From: Candidatus Zhuqueibacterota bacterium
Lineage (GTDB): Bacteria > Zhuqueibacterota > Zhuqueibacteria > Thermofontimicrobiales > Thiofontviventaceae
Length of the DNA: 64,000 nucleotides
Direction: 5' to 3'
Assembly (NCBI GenBank): GCA_016931935.1
Contig: JAFGDW010000261.1
Location: forward strand, 2,966-66,965
Made by a program: the position numbers and the translations under genes. Positions 1-10,669 of this stretch are shown here, piece after piece (position 1 is the first letter of the stretch; every line of letters begins with the position of its first letter). Below the pieces are notes generated by a model. That model was given only the letters and a program-made list of their open reading frames with translations, did no database searches and was not told the origin of the DNA.

Positions 1-2146
1 CCTGCTTGATGAAACTATTATCATCAATCGTTCCGATTGCCGCAATCATCTCATCCGTATTTCTGAACGTTGCTTGACGGAACGGATTGTCATAATCCTT
101 CTTTCGTGAAATATAGACTTGTTCACTAACAAATTCTTGTACCAGGACCGCCTTTTTAAGAGCTTCATACCATTGCTCAATAGCAAGTGTTTTGGTTTCC
201 AGTAAATCGTACAGTGAGGCAAAAGCATGTTGGTGTTTTTGCAACTGGTATTTTTCCCAGAGCATATCATATCGAGTATGAATTACTTTCCAGGAATTTA
301 ATTTCCCGCTTCCTATATCAGCCCGCAAGGCATCGACATCTTTTTCTGCAATAATTTGTCCACCGATATTAATCCACTTGTGTTCGCGCTGGCAGTGAAG
401 TTTTTCAACCATATCCGAAAAATCTTTGACATTATTTTTATTCAAATAATCAAGCAGATTTTTAATTGCATAATGAAGAATCATGTCACCATAGGCATGA
501 TAGGCGTTGTATGCTTTTACAATCACAACCTTACGCTTTGATTTTTCCATGTGTTCACCTAAAATTTCCAGCGCTTTCACCAGATCCCTGGGGCCATTTA
601 AAAGCTGGCGCCCCTGGGTGATGAGCGTTTCATCGGACTTGCCTGCAATCGATTCATTTTTGCTTTTCAACCAGGCTTTTGCCGTCCATAATGCCAACAA
701 TGAACGCCCCTGGAACAATTCTTCCACGGTATCGGGCGCCAATGAATCAAATTCAATATGCTGAATTTTGTTGGCCCGCTTATCGCGTGAGTTGAATTTC
801 CAGGAATTGCGCGCCAATGCATACATATTATAAAGCCACCAAAATGCTGGCATCACCTCCAACTGATCGGCGGAAACATTGTTATTTAGCAGCGAAAATG
901 GCAGCGGGATATCTAGTTCCGCAGGATAATCGGCTTTGGATAGTAACGTAAACGAGGCAAACCGACATGAATGCTTTATACTCGAACACAATCCGGGCCA
1001 AAAACCACGACCAGCTTCAATTTCATTATCATTTGCCCGGCTATTATGATTCGAGCCAATCGTTGCTCCGGCAGCTATATTGCTTTGTCCTTTTAGAACC
1101 GAAGCGATCAGAAATGAATTATTATGATGTTGTTCGTGAGCTGGAAATATCAGATTGTTCAGCACCTCGCAACATGAAATGGTCGAATTATCTCCAAGAA
1201 ATGAGTTGATCAGTCGGGCGCCATATTTAAGATTTGAATTATCCCCGAGAATGAATCGAACCGCTTTGCACCCATAAAACACATGGCAGCCGTAGCCGAT
1301 GATGCCATTTACCGCTTCCGTGCCCTCGCCAATTTGGGTGGGCTCGGCTTCGGACGAATTTATGGTCAGATTCTTTAATTTGTTTGATCCTTTAATATAG
1401 CAATGGGAGCCAATTTTAACATCTTTCAATATTCGGGAATTTTTAATGACACACTGTTCCCCAACCACCCCGTAATATCCGCGACGATCATCAAATTGCT
1501 GCTGGGTAATTTCAAGCAAGCGTTTTTGCAACGCCTGATCATCACGGTACTTTGCCCAGATGTATGCATCCGCAGGAATCATTCCATCGAACGGCAACAC
1601 ACGGCGGCAACCGGCTTCATTCATGATATCAAGCCAAACTCTTACTTTCTCTGACTCGCCCTGTTTAATAATTCCATTTCCGAATTTTGCATGATTGGTC
1701 GTATGCATCTCATCGATATTTGCCAGAATACAGCGGTCGCCAATAATATAATGTGCCAGGTAACGCACGCTGTGAATTGCCACATTATCCCCAATGTCGC
1801 TGGAAATAATCATACTATTGGTGATGCCAATTGGCAACTTCAATTCGTGATGCTCAAGGATCGCATTTTGTACACTGCCAATTCGCACACGCCCATAAAA
1901 CTCGTTATTTTGAATTTGATTCGGATCGAATTGATCAGTCACGAGGATGTCGTCCCAGTTGTCGGATGAGTTATTATTTTTAACCAGTCGCTCAACTTCA
2001 TCTGCACGTAATTGCCGCCACTGTTTCCCGGAATCGGACGACTGTAAATTTCGCAGATAATACTCATCTTTTCCTTCAGGCAGATATTCTGCAGAAATAA
2101 AATCCTTTCCAATACTACCAGCAGGAAGAATTGACACACTATCCAT
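1..2146 (-). CDS. DUF4954-like left-handed beta-helix protein; the C-terminal end runs off the window
   Basis: Absent from the ORF track because there is no in-window stop. I checked every minus-strand triplet from 2146 down to 2 by hand and found no in-frame stop. ATG at 2146 sits 5 nt after an AGGAG (2152-2156). Translation starts MDSVSILPAGSIGKDF...LRADEVERLVKNNNSSDNWDDILV. It contains hexapeptide-like repeats and SNHNSRANDNEIEAGRGFWPGLCSSIKHSCRFASFTLLSKADYPAELDIPLPFSLL, which I remember as typical of DUF4954 proteins. Confidence 0.6.
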   Translation of the reverse strand, partial: MDSVSILPAGSIGKDFISAEYLPEGKDEYYLRNLQSSDSGKQWRQLRADEVERLVKNNNSSDNWDDILVTDQFDPNQIQNNEFYGRVRIGSVQNAILEHHELKLPIGITNSMIISSDIGDNVAIHSVRYLAHYIIGDRCILANIDEMHTTNHAKFGNGIIKQGESEKVRVWLDIMNEAGCRRVLPFDGMIPADAYIWAKYRDDQALQKRLLEITQQQFDDRRGYYGVVGEQCVIKNSRILKDVKIGSHCYIKGSNKLKNLTINSSEAEPTQIGEGTEAVNGIIGYGCHVFYGCKAVRFILGDNSNLKYGARLINSFLGDNSTISCCEVLNNLIFPAHEQHHNNSFLIASVLKGQSNIAAGATIGSNHNSRANDNEIEAGRGFWPGLCSSIKHSCRFASFTLLSKADYPAELDIPLPFSLLNNNVSADQLEVMPAFWWLYNMYALARNSWKFNSRDKRANKIQHIEFDSLAPDTVEELFQGRSLLALWTAKAWLKSKNESIAGKSDETLITQGRQLLNGPRDLVKALEILGEHMEKSKRKVVIVKAYNAYHAYGDMILHYAIKNLLDYLNKNNVKDFSDMVEKLHCQREHKWINIGGQIIAEKDVDALRADIGSGKLNSWKVIHTRYDMLWEKYQLQKHQHAFASLYDLLETKTLAIEQWYEALKKAVLVQEFVSEQVYISRKKDYDNPFRQATFRNTDEMIAAIGTIDDNSFIKQ

Positions 2147-2436
2147 ACAAACTCCTTTTTTATAAGTTTTAAATTAAATCGTCGGGTGAATACTTGAAAA
2201 CAGAATAGAACTTTCCATGCAGATCAACAATATGAATATTTTATTGGAAATATACTGGTTAAGGCTAAGAATGTAACATCACCAAACCGCTGCCATCGCT
2301 CTCAGCAATAGCATCGGTAATACCTATATGTTATAAACTATCCCTTAATAAGTATAATTATATCGAAAGGCGCTTATTGGTTAATTCCTGTTTCTAAAAC
2401 ATCCAATTAATTAATCATTATCCACAAGGACTTTTT

Positions 2437-3246
2437 TTATTCAGCTTTGATATTTCGTAACGCTAAAAATAGGAATCCTGCGCTAATAATTGCAAGCACA
2501 ATAAAAACACCCATGAGTGAAGTATCGTCAGAAATAGCTTTCATATTAAGCATTAGCACCATTCCGGCGAGTGCCATTGTTAGAATAATAATGAAAACAA
2601 GAAAAACTGGCGCAAGAATGAATCCAAATCGATTCTTTTTCATTAATAGTATGGCAGCGATAATTAATCCGGGAAGTGCAATAGCAAGATCGAGCACATG
2701 AACAGGATTGACCAGTAGATTATAGTTGCTGATACTTGGTGGGACAGTATGTGCAAGGATGGCCGGAACGACATCTTTTAACCACAATAGATAAAACATG
2801 ACAGCGATAACAATTAACAATATCCCGATGCTTCGAACCGGTAACTTCTCTTTGAACCAGTTTTCCACGTCCCTGGAACCAAGCTGATAAAGCATAAGAA
2901 TAAATGCATACAGCGACACTCCGAGTGTAAGACAATAAATTAAAAACATTTGATTGAAGTGGACGCCAAAACTATAAATGAAAAAAGAGTACACGACATA
3001 AAAAAGGGTACCGGTGAGTATAAAATGAGCGGATTTATTATTTCGCAGCATGAAAAAAAGCGAGCTCAATAAAAGCGGCACAACCAGAAATAGGTCAACC
3101 ATATCTTGTCCGATTCCCTGGGCAGCCATGGATGGAGCGTCTTGTTCGTAGGTCGCAGGGATAAATGCCCCGAAATAAGATGCAATGGACAAGGAAATTG
3201 CCAAAATAATGCATAGCACAAGAATCACTTTTAATTGAAATGTCAT
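2437..3246 (-). CDS. polytopic integral membrane protein, unknown function
   Basis: 269-aa ORF that is hydrophobic throughout, with about 8 predicted TM segments. GGAGGAG lies just upstream of the ATG at 3246. No family recognised. Confidence 0.6.
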   Translation of the reverse strand: MTFQLKVILVLCIILAISLSIASYFGAFIPATYEQDAPSMAAQGIGQDMVDLFLVVPLLLSSLFFMLRNNKSAHFILTGTLFYVVYSFFIYSFGVHFNQMFLIYCLTLGVSLYAFILMLYQLGSRDVENWFKEKLPVRSIGILLIVIAVMFYLLWLKDVVPAILAHTVPPSISNYNLLVNPVHVLDLAIALPGLIIAAILLMKKNRFGFILAPVFLVFIIILTMALAGMVLMLNMKAISDDTSLMGVFIVLAIISAGFLFLALRNIKAE

Positions 3247-3462
3247 TATCTCCTCCCTGGTTAATGACGAAATGATGTGTGAATCGGTGTACTAACACTT
3301 GAAATTCTTCGAGAATTACTGTTATCCATAAGACGGCAAAATAATTCAGTTTTGAAATTTAGGCAACATTGATTATTGGCTAAAATTGTTATCAGCAAGT
3401 TCGTTTTCTCATAAACATAAATAAAATTCTTATGATAAGCAATATATTTTATCTTTCCGTCC

Positions 3463-5916
3463 CTATTTACTTAAAGGCGGCAATCCTCGCGCAATATTGT
3501 ATGAGCTGTGCCAGGCAATCGGAACTGGTCGATAGTAGTCCGGTCTTCCTGCGACTCCAAAAGGTTGCGGGAAATGACTCACATCGTAAATACCACCCTG
3601 ATCAGGACCAGGGTAACAATATTGCATCCTTCGGTCGTATGAATTCACATCAAAATTGGGGGCCGGATAGTCACGCTCCGCACTTGCAGAGTACATAATC
3701 AGATAGCCTTTATCAATATAATTGTCTAGCATGGCGTTCATTACAAGGAGGCAGTTCCGAATGTGGGATTCAGGTGTTACTTCGCTAATTTCAAAAACCT
3801 GATACCGATCCCGGGATGATCCGGCAGAATTATCTATGGAGACCGGAAAATCGTCCTGGTAATACGAAATTCGATAGGCGTTATCGTGAAATGCGGTAAT
3901 CGGTTTCTGACTGGCTAGATAAAAGGGATATGGTTTTCCACTCTCAAACCAGCGGGTATCTGTCCATTTTAGCGTGCCAATACAATTACTTTTTCCAACC
4001 GGATTTGCTACAAATTTGATATACGGGGAAAGGTAATCTGCAATCCGTTGTTGATCGTTCAATGCAATATCAATCGGATAACCTTCCCCGCGTTTAATTA
4101 TATCAGCATAGCGATCAATAAACGGCGCATAAATTTCAGACTGAACAAGCCCGGCGGCATCCCAGCGATAAGGATTTGTATTATCCGACTGCTTACCCAG
4201 ATTCCGATTGATGCCGCCCCAGATGCGTTCATTGCCAATCGGATTTTCCGAACTGTGTAGGTAAATCAATTTATCCGGATACAGCCGTTTCAAATCACGC
4301 ATAATACGATAACTAAGAATCATTGGTTCCAGCTTCAATGGGTCATTGCGCACACCATTCAGGGGCAATGTATCAATATACAGGCCATTTATCCGCGGAT
4401 ACTGTGTAAACAATCGCTTCATCTCCCCCATGAATGCATCATAATATTCGTCGCCTGTCATCGCTATGCCACCGGAAAAAATTCGATCCGGCATGACAGG
4501 GCGGGGCAATTGATTATATTGATCCAGCCCGCTGACATAGACAAGAATTCTTATGGTTGAAAAATCAAAACCGGTTGTCGAATCTGTGGTACTCATGCGC
4601 TTCAGAAAATGATTCAACTCATCACTCGGCGAATAACCATGCTGCACAAGCTGGCTCGAGACAGATGCTGCCGGAGGCTGATACGGAATAAACGCATGCC
4701 CGGATGTATTTTTCGGCAATAAGCTGTCCGGTTGATATTTTGATTCATTACTATGCTGCCAAATCGATTCGAACAGTAAAATTGTATTCACAGCTAAGTT
4801 AACTTCAACCGATGGATTGCCGGGATTTTTTAACGGTGATCGATAATAGAAACCATCCGCAGGATATTCGCTATCTTTGCGGATGAGGTAACCAACTGCC
4901 GGATCCGGAGTCGGATTTGCCCAGGCCTGTACATCCATATTTCGGGGGAAGGCATATACTTTGGAGGGAACACGCTTAACTGGATTTAATGAGAAAATTT
5001 CGCCGGGATAGAGATAGAGCATGCGCGTATTGATCAGCGACATATCTCGCTTTTTGGCGGGAAACAGCGAAACAATAAACCGGCAGCCATCATAGTATTT
5101 TGAATCTGATGTGATCAAATGCACGATATCGTCAGTTTGCGCATCACGTTCCATGCGCGGATAATAATTTTTATTCCATGATTGCGATTTGTACGGTCGA
5201 ACATATACCCCAAAACCACCGGTGGTACTAACGTGATCTTCTGCCGGCGCACCTTTGTCCGTAATCACCAGCCAATTGGTTTGAACCACGGTTGCACTTC
5301 GTGACGGGTATGTTACGCCCGGCTCAAATTTTCCACCACCTTTGTCATAATCCCGGTCACCGCCCTGAAGTCGCGAAATAAAGTCAATTGCTGTGCCCGG
5401 TTGTTTTACTTCAACCCACATCGTACCATCGGAATGAAATGCAATTTCGATATTATTATTCCCAAAAATTCGATAGCCTGCGGTTGAGCGATCCTGACGA
5501 AAGGTAATTCCCGAGAGTATTTCCATTTCTGGAAAATGAATTTCGAGATTCACTCGCTCAATCCCAATTTTCTGGCTGCAATAAATTTTTTCTTGCTGCT
5601 CATCGATTTCGTAAATCGCAGAGATGCTTTCAATTGTGTTCGTTTGGAGAGAAATAATCGGGGTGAAATCAGACAAAACAAGCTGATCGCTTCCCGGTGG
5701 GGTGAGTTGGTACAAGTCGTCGTTAAATATTTCGTTTGAGGTTTCAACACGTTGTTGATTTATCGATTCCGTGGTGGCATCGGTTAAATCATGCACAGAC
5801 ACATTCTCAGTGTCAGCATCACTGGTAAAAATGATTGCATCCTTCTGCCTGAATGTATCGGTGCAGGCAACAAAAACTACCAACAGGGCAATCGTGGTTA
5901 GTTTGCATCCATCCAT
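3463..5916 (-). CDS. large secreted lipoprotein, unknown function
   Basis: 817-aa ORF. The N-terminus MDGCKLTTIALLVVFVAC-TD looks like a lipoprotein signal (lipobox FVAC). I recognise no catalytic motif. Confidence 0.6.
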   Translation of the reverse strand: MDGCKLTTIALLVVFVACTDTFRQKDAIIFTSDADTENVSVHDLTDATTESINQQRVETSNEIFNDDLYQLTPPGSDQLVLSDFTPIISLQTNTIESISAIYEIDEQQEKIYCSQKIGIERVNLEIHFPEMEILSGITFRQDRSTAGYRIFGNNNIEIAFHSDGTMWVEVKQPGTAIDFISRLQGGDRDYDKGGGKFEPGVTYPSRSATVVQTNWLVITDKGAPAEDHVSTTGGFGVYVRPYKSQSWNKNYYPRMERDAQTDDIVHLITSDSKYYDGCRFIVSLFPAKKRDMSLINTRMLYLYPGEIFSLNPVKRVPSKVYAFPRNMDVQAWANPTPDPAVGYLIRKDSEYPADGFYYRSPLKNPGNPSVEVNLAVNTILLFESIWQHSNESKYQPDSLLPKNTSGHAFIPYQPPAASVSSQLVQHGYSPSDELNHFLKRMSTTDSTTGFDFSTIRILVYVSGLDQYNQLPRPVMPDRIFSGGIAMTGDEYYDAFMGEMKRLFTQYPRINGLYIDTLPLNGVRNDPLKLEPMILSYRIMRDLKRLYPDKLIYLHSSENPIGNERIWGGINRNLGKQSDNTNPYRWDAAGLVQSEIYAPFIDRYADIIKRGEGYPIDIALNDQQRIADYLSPYIKFVANPVGKSNCIGTLKWTDTRWFESGKPYPFYLASQKPITAFHDNAYRISYYQDDFPVSIDNSAGSSRDRYQVFEISEVTPESHIRNCLLVMNAMLDNYIDKGYLIMYSASAERDYPAPNFDVNSYDRRMQYCYPGPDQGGIYDVSHFPQPFGVAGRPDYYRPVPIAWHSSYNIARGLPPLSK

Positions 5917-6060
5917 ATCGATCCCGCTTTCCCATTAAATATGTCTCAACCTGTTGTACTACATATCATAGGAAAACGATCATTATTTTAAGGATGTTTA
6001 ACATAGGGATGCGTTATTGGACATTTATTCACCCGGCATCAACTGTCGCATAACAATCAG

Positions 6061-6423
6061 CTACCTACCCTGATGGTAATTGAACGTGTATACTTCCTGT
6101 CCGGTTTCCTGATGCGTTTTGTCGTCCATCGTCCATGATATATTGTAACGATAAAATGCAATCGCCGTATTTTCGAACACGTAAATATTCGCTATCTCAT
6201 CACTAAAATCATGAACGACCGCTTTGTCGAGAAAATCAATATAACTTTGAACACACGCGTCTTTTCCGCCCCCAAGTACTTGCAAATCCGGCGATACAAT
6301 TTTCATCGCATCATGAAAATAGTGTGTCAGTTCATTCAGATGACCTGAAGACCAGGCACTTTTCATTTTCGTTATAAGATGATTAATCTCACGAATCGCA
6401 TTTTTATCAGCTTCGCTCGCCAT
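6061..6423 (-). CDS. small NTF2-like (SnoaL / DUF4440-like) protein
   Basis: 120 aa. The size and alternating pattern (AIREINHLITKMKSAWSSGHLNELTHYFHDAM ... AIAFYRYNISW) resemble NTF2-fold proteins. This is a weak call. Confidence 0.4.
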   Translation of the reverse strand: MASEADKNAIREINHLITKMKSAWSSGHLNELTHYFHDAMKIVSPDLQVLGGGKDACVQSYIDFLDKAVVHDFSDEIANIYVFENTAIAFYRYNISWTMDDKTHQETGQEVYTFNYHQGR

Positions 6424-6442
6424 ATCGTTATCCTGTTTGGCT

Positions 6443-7687
6443 TTACTGATATTTTAATGTATAGAAATGATGAATTAAACTCGTACTGATAAAACATTCA
6501 GTCCCGTTTGGCCGGGCTTCAACTTTCCAGTAATATTTCGCATCAGGCTCGAGATTATCTATGGTGATTTCAAATTCACGTAATTCTGTCCCCGTTTGCT
6601 CCGGCGCTGTTGCGTCCTTCTGACAACCGCTTATTGTTGTACTCATGTACAGAAGCACACCACTGAGCATAAAAAAAACTTGACGTCGCTTCACTCGCGG
6701 TACAAAGAAAAACATGCCAATAATAAAAATCACCGTGCCATTGTAGATACCTTCGCTGCAGAGGTGTTTTGCTGTGACAGGAATCGATATGCAGCCAGCA
6801 AAATCCGGATGGGTTGAGTAATACAATTGATAGTTGCTTACGGGTTTTCCTTGCCAGCGAAATGTAACTGACGACTGCGAGACCTCTGCGCCCTGCAAGG
6901 GTGACGTTATCTTCATTTGCGAAAACAGCGCTGGCAGCGAGTAGGTTGCCTGTCCATTCGCCAATTGTTCATTCAGATCGATTGCGATATATTCTTCAAA
7001 ATTGTACAAATAGAACAGATAGACAAAGCAATTTTTCAAATCATAAATATTAGAATATTGGGTTGGATAGCGGCCTTCCTGATGAGTTGCGGCGAGAATT
7101 GAACCGAACAAACGTGGCGTGATGGTCATTGCGCTATCCAGCATTGCGGTGGCTTTATCGTATCGCCAGCATGGATAGCCTCCCAGTTCAGGGTGAGACT
7201 GATAAAAATTGGTCATGACCTGATAATTTGTATTATTAAGAATGTAATTGTCCCCATCAACGATCATCGATGCTCCGATAGAGTCCCCAATCAGATACTG
7301 TGAGTTGTACAGATCATCGCAGTAATAATTTTTAAAAACAGCGAGTGCATCTGTAACAGAAACGCACTCATCCATCACCTTACGCATCAAGGAACCGTCG
7401 TATCTAGTTTTAGTCGCCTCGGATTTCGGCATTTCGAGATACGTACAAGCAGTTGCATCCCAGAACAGGCCATGTTCGTTCATGCCTCCCTGCGGCCAAC
7501 CTGCATTGAATCCGAATTGAATCCACCCGTTTTTTCCATTTTCGGCAGGATGAAATATTATGAGCGTATTCGGATCAGACCAATCTTCATTATTGCCACC
7601 AAGTATAATATGTCCATCCGTAGCATAGAAAACAGTGCAGGCGTAAGTCAGATTTTGGATGGTCGTAAATAAAACTAAGTAAAGCAT
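6443..7687 (-). CDS. secreted Ntn-hydrolase-like amidase (C45/C59-like, Cys nucleophile) with a C-terminal FN3-like domain
   Basis: Signal peptide MLYLVLFTTIQNLTYA is followed by CTVFYATDGHIILGGNNEDW, the pattern of an N-terminal Cys nucleophile. I moved the start to the ATG at 7687 so that it no longer overlaps the upstream gene, which stops at 7716. The C-terminus has the FN3-like signature YYWKVEA. Confidence 0.5.
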   Translation of the reverse strand: MLYLVLFTTIQNLTYACTVFYATDGHIILGGNNEDWSDPNTLIIFHPAENGKNGWIQFGFNAGWPQGGMNEHGLFWDATACTYLEMPKSEATKTRYDGSLMRKVMDECVSVTDALAVFKNYYCDDLYNSQYLIGDSIGASMIVDGDNYILNNTNYQVMTNFYQSHPELGGYPCWRYDKATAMLDSAMTITPRLFGSILAATHQEGRYPTQYSNIYDLKNCFVYLFYLYNFEEYIAIDLNEQLANGQATYSLPALFSQMKITSPLQGAEVSQSSVTFRWQGKPVSNYQLYYSTHPDFAGCISIPVTAKHLCSEGIYNGTVIFIIGMFFFVPRVKRRQVFFMLSGVLLYMSTTISGCQKDATAPEQTGTELREFEITIDNLEPDAKYYWKVEARPNGTECFISTSLIHHFYTLKYQ

Positions 7688-7715
7688 GGAACGGAAAAGT
7701 AAGCTTTGCAAGTTA

Positions 7716-9440
7716 TTATTCAATTGTTCCTTTCCTAATGATATAAATATCATGTTCACCCGCTCCGATAGATGTCGTTGTTCCGACAATAATAAATCCG
7801 CCTTCTTTCGTTAAAAGTAACTGATAACCAATTTCTTCCTTGTAATGACCAAATTCTTTGTCCCACAATTTATTGCCCTGAGAATCTGTTTTAATTAACA
7901 GAATATTCGAAACAGTATCAGCGCTAACGGTTTGGTTCGCCAGGATTAGATATCCTCCATCCGGAGTTTGGCACACATCTTTACCTGAACAATTGTTCTC
8001 ATACGTTTTTGACCATTCTTCATTACCATCTGCATCCGTTTTGATCAGGAGCACTTCATATCCATGGTCATAGTTTGAACCAATCAAAATATAACCATTA
8101 TCATCGGTCGGTTTCAGGCTACAACCATCATCAATTGTTCCACCATAATTTTGAGTCCAGGTTTCTCGACCGATTGAGTCGGTTTTTGTGATAAAAATTC
8201 CACTTCCATCTGCCCCAATGATATAACCACCATCCGTATCAGGAATAATGCTATTTCCACTCGCATTTTTATCATAAGAGTTATACCATTCTTCGTAACC
8301 CAGATTATCCGTTTTTAGCAGAAACATATTTCTCTCATTGGTCCAGTCTCTGGCATCTTCGTAACCTGTCAGCAGATAGGAACCGTCAAATAATTCTATC
8401 ACATCATTCCCGCCATCAGAATTGGTCGTATGTGAGAACAATTTTCCCCAAACCGGCAGGCCTTGCATATCAGTTTTTAATAATAATATCTTGCCACTCC
8501 GATTCCCGGTAATTATAAAACCACGATCGTCAGTCAACTTTACTTTCGTCCCCGCGCCGTTTCCATAGGTATAATCCATTATCTCATTTCCAGTGTTATC
8601 AATCAACATGATAAAAACTTCAAATTCACTTTTACCAGTTAAAATATAATAGCTACTCGAACGTGATCCGGCAATGCTAAATACATAATCATCTCCAACA
8701 CCACCAAACGCTTTTTCCCAATTATTTTCATCGCCGATTCCAAAGCTCCAGACAGGTCCGGCAGTTGCGTGCCCGGCGCTATCTTTCGCAACAATTTTCC
8801 AATAATAGGTAGTTGACATCGATAGCGGATCAAGATCATAAGTAGTCTTCGCGTAATCCGTGACCAGAATCGATGGATCAGAATTTGTTCCAAAATAGAT
8901 ATCATATGAAAGCTTATCATTATCCGGGTCAGAACATGACCAGCTCAATTTAATCCCTTCTTCATCCATATCAGTATATCCATCGGTCGGATATACCAAT
9001 GTTGGTTTACGGGGGTATCCAGTAAGTAAACCTTCTGTTGTTCTATCGGTCTGCCACGTACCCTCCACATTCTCAAAGATAAATGTTCCTTTGCACGTAC
9101 TATTGCTTGTAAATTCACCATTAATAATCATTGCAGAAACAGAAGTACTGCACACAAATTTAAAGTTTGTAACCTCCACACTTGACGTAGCATCAACTGT
9201 TACCTTCTTAATATCGTTTTCAACTATAATATTCCATTTTACAATCCTGTCCTGATCTACTGTAAACTTGAATTGATTGTTCTGACTGGTTGTCCCCGCC
9301 CAGTCACCATTTATACTCGTTATGATAATAGACGCAGGTGCAGGCTCAGGTTCCGTTGAATTTTTACTACATTGGAAGGAAATCAAAATCATTGAATAAA
9401 TAAGAATGAGATTAATTTGGACCACTGTCTTTGCTTTCAT
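7716..9440 (-). CDS. lipoprotein with an FN3-like domain and about 7 beta-propeller-like repeats
   Basis: MKAKTVVQINLILIYSMILISFQC has a lipobox. ATG 9440 is preceded by TGGAGAA; the ORF-track start at 9452 is a TTG. There is an FN3-like segment (YYWKIVAKDSAG). About 7 repeats follow the pattern GGY/F-I/L-I/L-x-G ... LLIKTDxxGNxxW. Confidence 0.6.
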   Translation of the reverse strand: MKAKTVVQINLILIYSMILISFQCSKNSTEPEPAPASIIITSINGDWAGTTSQNNQFKFTVDQDRIVKWNIIVENDIKKVTVDATSSVEVTNFKFVCSTSVSAMIINGEFTSNSTCKGTFIFENVEGTWQTDRTTEGLLTGYPRKPTLVYPTDGYTDMDEEGIKLSWSCSDPDNDKLSYDIYFGTNSDPSILVTDYAKTTYDLDPLSMSTTYYWKIVAKDSAGHATAGPVWSFGIGDENNWEKAFGGVGDDYVFSIAGSRSSSYYILTGKSEFEVFIMLIDNTGNEIMDYTYGNGAGTKVKLTDDRGFIITGNRSGKILLLKTDMQGLPVWGKLFSHTTNSDGGNDVIELFDGSYLLTGYEDARDWTNERNMFLLKTDNLGYEEWYNSYDKNASGNSIIPDTDGGYIIGADGSGIFITKTDSIGRETWTQNYGGTIDDGCSLKPTDDNGYILIGSNYDHGYEVLLIKTDADGNEEWSKTYENNCSGKDVCQTPDGGYLILANQTVSADTVSNILLIKTDSQGNKLWDKEFGHYKEEIGYQLLLTKEGGFIIVGTTTSIGAGEHDIYIIRKGTIE

Positions 9441-10074
9441 AGAATTCTCCAATGACCAATTGTTTTGAAACTACCACGTTGGAATTTAAATTCGTAGTCA
9501 GCTTCATTCTTCTAAAAAGTGTTTTTCAGCAGCTAAATATAAACGTAGTTTAAAGACGATTAAAATTCTCAAACTATCGGAAAGTATCTATCAAAATGCT
9601 GAAATCAATAAAAAAAAATTTTAAGGCCTACTATTGCTTTGCATGCAGCACTTTTATAATTTTTAGGCCAACATTCAATTTTTAAGCGATAAATATGAGG
9701 TACATGATCAGGTGCTTAAATAAACATAGTTATAGGTAAGGTAACAAATAAGCTATGAAATTGTTGCGAAAAAGTCAAGTCAATTTCCGCATTGAAAATT
9801 TGATCTTCCAGAAAAAAAGTTCTCTGATTTAGTTTATAATTTAATGCCGGATATATTCCTATAATTTTAAAACTTGATTTTTTGAACGCAGATTCTTACT
9901 ATGTGTTATTCGCATTAATACACTCAATTGTAATTTTTTGTGAGCGTGAAATTACTGAATATAAGATGAATATTGCTCTCGAGCACTGTACGACTATAAA
10001 ATCCATAAAGGGATTTCACTTTATTTTATAGTTGCCTTAATGTACTTCTATCTCAGCAAAAGAAAGGATACATC

Positions 10075-10431
10075 TTGATCTACATCGCGTATTTACTTTT
10101 AGGTATTTGTGCCGGACTGCTTGCCGGTGCTTTCGGTGTCGGCGGTGGTATTATCATTGTTCCGGCTTTAATCGTTATTTTTAAACACCCGAGCCAGATA
10201 GCAATCGGCACATCATTGATGGTTATAATTGCCGCATCTATTACCGGGACGATTAAGCACTGGTCGTTATCCAACATCGATGTGCCGATAGCCATTGTTA
10301 TCGCAGTTGGGGCGGTTGTTGGCGCCTGGTTAGGTGCGCCATTACTGGAAAATGTCTCGGATCTTCAGGCAAAACGGATACTCGCTGTTTTGCTTGGGTT
10401 GATTGCTATCCAGCTTTGGTTTTCTCGATAA
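10075..10431 (+). CDS. half-size TSUP (TauE/SafE) family membrane transporter
   Basis: 118 aa with 4 TM segments. The LLAGAFGVGGGIIIVPAL motif is typical of TSUP. TTG start preceded by AAAGGA. Confidence 0.65.
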   Translation: MIYIAYLLLGICAGLLAGAFGVGGGIIIVPALIVIFKHPSQIAIGTSLMVIIAASITGTIKHWSLSNIDVPIAIVIAVGAVVGAWLGAPLLENVSDLQAKRILAVLLGLIAIQLWFSR

Positions 10432-10669
10432 TTTCCCACAATTAAATAAATTGCCCGATGCAACGATATTGAATATATGGCAACATATAATTGTATTGAA
10501 GTGGTTTTGAGCTTCTTCTTATAAAGATCTGAGTATCCTTCTTTAAAAGCAGGAGAAATTATAGACAATCTCAAAATCACTTCGGAAGCAGTACTATTTC
10601 AGAAAGTGGAATGTTGCTTCCTTTCTAGCTTGCCTTTATTCGAATAACCAGACAACCATCGAGGCAATT

